64,000 bases of DNA from Prorocentrum cordatum (Eukaryota): assembly GCA_963575745.1 (NCBI GenBank), contig CAUYUJ010000081.1, positions 434,001 to 498,000 on the forward strand. The letters run 5' to 3'. The translations under genes and the position numbers were made by a program. The notes under the pieces were generated by a model that saw only the letters and a program-made list of their open reading frames with translations, searched no databases and was not told the DNA's origin. Positions 58,278 through 64,000 of this stretch are shown piece after piece. The first letter of the stretch is position 1; every line of letters starts with the position of its first letter.

Positions 58278-58830
58278 TCAGAAATCGCACTCGATGTTGT
58301 TCCAAGTCTGTGTTGCTGCCAAAGTCCATGTATCCTCGACGTGCATTGATCGATCTCCTGTGCGAGTCATTACAAGGCGCCTAACATCGTCGATCAATGT
58401 CGTTTTCGGGCGGCCTGGTCTCCGCTTCGTCTCATATATCGGGTCGTGATGTGGCGCCCACAGAATCACGTGTCGGATCCACTCTTGATTGCCAGCTGTT
58501 CCTAATTTCTGAACCCACTTCCACTTCCGCTTCCGCTGTTTCAGAATGGATGCCTAGTCCTTCATGCGTAGCCGCTCATTTGCAACCTCCGCGTCGTATG
58601 TGGCGCGTTTGATCCATTGCACCCAAGGTTCTACAGGTTCGTGGTCGGCGTCGTCATCGTGCAACGGTGGTGTGGGGGCCGTGGGATCCAAAGTCGTGCT
58701 GTCTCCTGTGATTGTGTCATCGTCGTCGTGTTGATGACTGCCGTCTGGTTGTCGTCGGCGTTGGTTTGGGTCGGATGAAGTGTTGGCTGGGTGTGTGTAG
58801 TTTCTGCTGCGCGTCAAGGTCACTGTCATG
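58278..58830 (-). mobile_element. 3' fragment of an RTE-like LINE ORF
   Basis: EPWVQWIKRATYDAE..RKWKWV..WIRHVILWAP..KRRPGRPKTTLIDD matches the RTE-type C-terminal W-x-P..R..GRP..DD pattern. Confidence 0.65.
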
Positions 58831-59469
58831 GACCGCCACGAAATGTGGAGTAGCAGGACAATGAGCTATCATCGGCGCGGCGCATGCTCGCTGAGAAGTC
58901 GTCTAGTTCCGGCCACTCGCGCAAACCACTTGCGCACCGTCCAGCGGGCGCGCGCGGGCCTCTATCAAAACATGATCGACCCACGAACCCGGAAAGGGAT
59001 ATGGACATGTGAAGCATGGAAATTGCTCAAGATACCCAATTTAGGCGACGGGCAATTCAATGTTAAAGGTAGCGATGGTGATGTACAGTGCCAAGGGCTG
59101 AACTGAGACGCGCCATGCCGCGTCGAAGTGTTGTGCTCTGTTGCATTGTGGATTAGATCGCCCGTGGCGTCAGAATCCCGATCGAGCTCATCTAGATCTT
59201 AAGCTCGAGCTGCCTGGACGCATGACTCTGATCTGGCCGCAATCGAAACGCGTAGGGCGCTCGACCAGCTCGAGCTCCAGATCCAAATCATTTCGGGTAC
59301 GGACCCAGAGCGCAGATCCCGCGTGAATTACAAGGGTTCAAACGCTCCCAGGACCAAGATTCAACGTAAATCACAAAAAAGGATCCACGCTTCCACGGCC
59401 ACGATCCCTTGAAAAAATGCACAGCTTCCGCGCTCCCAGTGACACAACCCCTCAAAGTACGCTGCGTCC

Positions 59470-60020
59470 GCGCTCCCAGGGGGCCACGAAACGCACTGGG
59501 TGGGGGGGGGCGCATGTGGGCGGTAGCCTTGGGACATTCGGTGGGGCTCCCTGTGGGACCGCGAAACGCTGCACTGGGTGGGGGGGACGCATGAGGGCGG
59601 TAGCACTGGGGCCGTCGGTGGAATTCCCATGGAGCCACGAAGTGCTGCACTGGGTGGAGGGGACGCGTGCGGGTGGTAGCACTGGGGTCGTCGGTGGAGC
59701 TCCCTATGGGGCCACGAAACATTGTACTGGGTTGGGAGGGGCGGTAGCACTGGGGCTGTCGGTGGAGCTCCTTGACGCCACGAAACGCTGTCCTGAGTGA
59801 AGTGGGCGCATGCGGGCGGTAGCACTGGGGCCGTTGGTGGAGCTCCCTACGGGGCCATGAAGCGCTGTACTGGGTGGGGGGACGCATGCGGGCGGTAGCA
59901 CTGAGGCCTTTGGTGGAGCTCCCCTTGGGGCCACGAAACGCTGTGATGGGTGGGGGACGCATGCGGGCTGTAGCACAGGGAATTCGATGGAGCTCCCTAT
60001 GGTGCCACAAAACATGTGAG
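59470..60020. repeat. ~70-75-bp minisatellite, about 7 copies
   Basis: Unit ggggccacgaaacgctgtactgggtgggggacgcatgcgggcggtagcactggggccgtcggtggagctccc. Confidence 0.9.
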
Positions 60021-60399
60021 AGGTGTGCCGACATGGTAGACTCATGCGGAGAGCAGAGGCAAGGATGGGAGGAGGAGGAGGAGGAGGAGGTCTAGAGGAG
60101 AGGAGGAGAGCAGAGGACTCGCGGGAACTGTTTCGTCAAACGAGGACCCAACACCATAGGATGGTTGCGATAATCTATAAATGTGGCCTCTCCAGGCCTT
60201 CGTAGGTGTCCTTTTGGGGCTCCTCTGAGTCCTCGGGGTGTTCTTTTGGTGTCCTTTCGTGGGTGTCATTGGAGCCCTCTTGGGTCGTTCTGGTGCCCTC
60301 TTGGGGCAATGTGGGGGGCTTGGGCCGTTTTGGAGCCCCCTCTGGGGCCCTCTGGGGCCCTCTTGGGGACCTCCTGTGGCCCACCTTGTAGAAGTTACC

Positions 60400-63000
60400 G
60401 TGAGTATTGTACAACTCGTCGTGAACTCCGACGTCAGCGTCTTGATGCTCGAGCTGGAAATGTCAGGCCTCGGGTACGACGATACACCCTATCGATGCGG
60501 AGCTGACGACCCTGAGCCAGAAGTTAAAGAAGGAACGCAGACGATACTATCGGAGACGACGTGATCGACTGGTTGCGGAGGCTAACTATATGTGGCGCCA
60601 ACGCAAAGCGGCGGAAGCAATGATACTTTCACGAGCGGCTTCGATGACCAGAATCGAACCAAAAAAGCGCGACTGTGCACTCGTACGCCCAGCACCTCTC
60701 TCACCGGAGCAATGGATGTCAGTGTGGCAGTTGTCGGGTCCCGAAGGAGGTATGGCAGTTCAGAGATGTGAATGGGAGCCCATACGTGCTGATAGAGACG
60801 GCCACTTCCAGTGGCTGCCAGACACCGAGCTTTTTAGGGCAGGTTGGAGCCGAGTATACGGCGATCCTATGGAGTCTCATCCGAGGGAAGAAGAGGAAGG
60901 CCGTGCCTGCGAACATGGCGCCGCTGGAGCTGTGGCACATGCTGTGTCTGCCAAAGCCCAGGCCTGCTCTGTTGCAGAAGCAAGGTCTGGGCAGCGACCC
61001 AACTCCGCCGAGCACGCAGCACTTTCAGTGCTATTTCAACGCAGGCTTGACAAAGATACGCATGCACGCGCAGACCCCCCAGTACTGGCACACGGGGGAG
61101 GCATGTGTTTTACGCAAATCGGCACTGCCAGGGCCCAAAAGACGTCGAGTTGTACACCTGTTGGCGGTCCCGGGAAAAGGCTACTTCGCAAAAAAGCTTG
61201 GAGCATCCCCGACGGTGATGGACTACGGGTTCGTGCAGGGCAGGAGGAGGGAGGAGGCGGTGTTGTGCTCGATGTGGATGAGCAGACGGCTTCGAGAAGG
61301 GGGCCTCACACACGCTGTTTGTCTGAAGGATCTCAGCAATGCAAAAAGCAGCACATCGCACGATACTTTTAAGGAGGTAGTTCAACTCTATTCAGAGGCT
61401 GAGGATGTTGTTTTGTGCCAGCAGCGCTTCACGGAGGCGCTTATCCTGTTTGATGCGGCCGACGGGCCGCTTCTTGTTCGCCCATCGCAAGGAGGCTGCA
61501 TGGGCGACCCATTCATTGTCGCCGCCTTCCTCGGAGGTTTCAAGTTTCCGATCCTGGGGTGGGGAAGGGAGCTGTTCGATTGGGATATTAGATCTAGGCT
61601 ATTGATTGGCGAATGGATGGATTGTAGAGTAGACACGCCCGTAAAAGAAATACGCCGACGACCTCAATCAGATAGTTATCGCAGACCCTGGGGGTTCACT
61701 ACCAACGTTCCTAGACAAGCTCAGGATGATCGACTCGTACTCAGACGATGCGTTAGCACGCTTTGGGTACGCCCAAAATCGATCAAAACAAGAGTTCCTC
61801 GTGCACTTCGCTCACCAAAGGATCCGCAATCGTTCGGCACTTCGAAAAAAAAGAACCTGGAGCGGATGGGCTTAGTGAGGCAGGAGGCTAGATATTTGGG
61901 ACCGTCCATAACCATGCGTGATTCCGCCCGTGCTGAAGTCGCCTGTCGCTGTCAAGCCGCTCGCGGTGGCTTTCGTTCCCTGGGAGGCCTTTGGAGCCTT
62001 ACTGACTTAGCTGCTCGCTGGCGTCGCTGTCTATGTATAGGAGTCGTTCAAAATGCTCTCCTGTCGGGCATTGAGTTTCACACTAGCGCCATGATGTCTT
62101 AGATTCCTGTCTCAGCCGACTGGGTCGAGCAGCGATGGGTGGCGAGGCCGCAAACTACGAAGGCGAACGTACCACTAGTTTGACCAACAAGGAGGTTTTA
62201 AAGTTTTGGAGAGCCCTTCCTTCCTCGCAAGAACTCCGATTGAGGAGGCTAGAAATGTACCAATCCTGGTGTAGACAGCCTGACCACCACTCGCAGCTTC
62301 CAGTGGCGCTGTTCGGCACGTGTACCTTCGACCCGAGGCCGCACTTGGCCCACGCGAAGCCAATGGAGTTTGCCTCCAAATATCTAATCCAGATGTCCGC
62401 AGACATGGAGGAAGCAGCAGAGCTTCCCACCTACGAGGCGATCCGTGACATCGCCGCCAACGTGTGCCTTTTTCTCAAATGCGGAGGCCATGGAAGAATG
62501 CTTGTGCTATTGGTACGGTAGAGCTTCGCAGCAAGCCTACGGAGTTTGCTATCCACTACTAGAGAGGAAGAGATCGCCGTTCCTCCTCTGACAGCACGAA
62601 AAGGAAAAGCAACAAAAAGGGATTGTGTATGCAGGCATAGCAAAAATGGGCAAGAAAGCGGGGCACGATTCTCATCACGGGGGGGCACTATCATTACACA
62701 TGAACGGGGCTCATCACATACGCAACGTGTTCTATGTCATAACTCCAAGCAACGAGTGCTTATGTTGCGAGCAAGTATTCTCATCTCAACAATCAGCGAC
62801 ACTACATCTGGAGCGTTCACTATTGCGTGTAATGTGCTTGCCAGAAGCAGAGCAGCACTGACCTTAAGCAAGCTAAGCCCTCTCAAAAGTTATCACTGTT
62901 TATGTTGCGAGTTCGAGGGTGGCACGTACGACGATGTATGCAGCCATCTAGTCTCGAGCCATCTCCCTGGACATATTGCTCCACCTGTGCAGCCGACCGC
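60400..63000 (+). mobile_element. 5'-truncated LINE ORF2: reverse transcriptase plus C2H2-type zinc fingers, frameshifted
   Basis: YGFVQGRRREEA, KDLSNA, QGGCMGDP, out-of-frame YADD (61651-61662), RYLG; then C..C..F...LSLHMNGAH, CLCCEQVF..TLHL and CLCCEF..SHLVSSH. Confidence 0.9.
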
Positions 63001-63014
63001 CGACCAGCATAGAG

Positions 63015-63631
63015 ATGCCCGAGGGGGCGATGGAGACATCGAAGGTTATCATGCAGCCAGTCGATGCCAGTCCGCTGGAGGAGAACCCACGATCGCGGGC
63101 ATGGAAAGAATCGCCTACGTTAAGTACCAGGTGGGCATCAGCAGCCCGAGCGTGGTTGCAGGCCTGGCCGCGGGCAAGCGCTACGACACCGAGAGCGAGG
63201 AGCTCAAGAAGAAAGCAGCAGCAGGCCAGCCGACCGACCACAAAGCGCGCGGGCCGCCTTTCCTCAGCATCTTCATGTCGGTATTCGGCTATGGGGCGAC
63301 GCGCACGGTTCCAGAGAACGGCAAGGATTCAGAGAAATCACTGGTCAAGGAGATGCCGCAATACATCCAGGGGAAGCTTGCGTCGGCGGAGATCAACGAT
63401 GTGGCGGCGTTAGCCGGGCACTTCCGTATCAAGGCTCACAAGAAGCACGACAATCAGAAGCAGCAGTGCACGGTGATGTGGCACTTCTTCCCGAAGCACC
63501 AGCACTGCGCCCTCGTCGACGGATGGATGCAGCAGCTGATCCAGGCCGGGGGAGGCGTCCGCCTGCACGGTCCAGCGCCTCGCGGCCCGCTCGAGCGGGC
63601 GATCAGCAAGTTCCTGGAAGATCACAAGTAG
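63015..63631 (+). CDS. Accessory ORF immediately downstream of the LINE RT/zinc-finger ORF, function unknown
   Basis: Codon-biased open frame from MERIAYVKY to GPAPRGPLERAISKFLEDHK-stop. The true start is uncertain (63015 with a frameshift, or 63101). Confidence 0.55.
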
Positions 63632-64000
63632 GAGATGAGTTGAGAAGGTTGCCGCCGTCCCTGCGCAACAGTGATCGCCTTGCCCCTTTGGTGGCGCAAG
63701 GCTTTGTTCCCCCTCGTCCGCCCTCCTGTCCTCGTAATCCTCCTGGCCAACGCATGCCCTGTCCCGATGCCTCGGAGTTGCATGAGGGATCGCAGTTTAG
63801 CATTCAAATCCCCAGACGTGCTCGAGGAGGCAAAGGGAGGAGTGGTCGTAGTGCGAAAGACAAGGGTTCTAGCTCTCGTTTCCCCGCGCCTGAGGCGGGC
63901 CACCCTTCCATGGGGTTGCGCGCCTCGAGGGTGTGCCTGCGGGGCCTGTGCAGCCGCGGGCTGAGAGTGGCCCACATCTCTGCAGTTTCAATCGTCGGCT

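Overview
Repeat-dominated eukaryotic DNA, almost certainly from a dinoflagellate. The evidence is two near-complete copies of the 22-nt dinoflagellate spliced leader (DinoSL); the GC-rich, Prorocentrum-like character is an inference. No intact multi-exon host gene is visible, only a few candidate micro-exons. The window contains a ~9.8-kb 12-bp satellite ending at a 100-N gap, long (CAT)n, (TACA)n and (TAC)n tracts, and nested, decayed mobile elements. These include a Ty1/copia pol remnant, several LINE remnants, two MITEs, a foldback element and Helentron-like non-autonomous elements ending in a GCGAAGC mini-hairpin. The standout is a LINE insertion with both ends intact (28543-36081, minus strand): it starts with a full-length DinoSL, ends in poly(A) and is flanked by a 14-bp target-site duplication. 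A second, unrelated LINE ORF1 (26325-27281) also starts with a full-length DinoSL. Together they suggest LINEs that retrotranspose as SL-trans-spliced mRNAs. Almost all long ORFs in the supplied track are artefacts of stop-free simple repeats. All domain calls come from reading motifs by eye, not from database searches.
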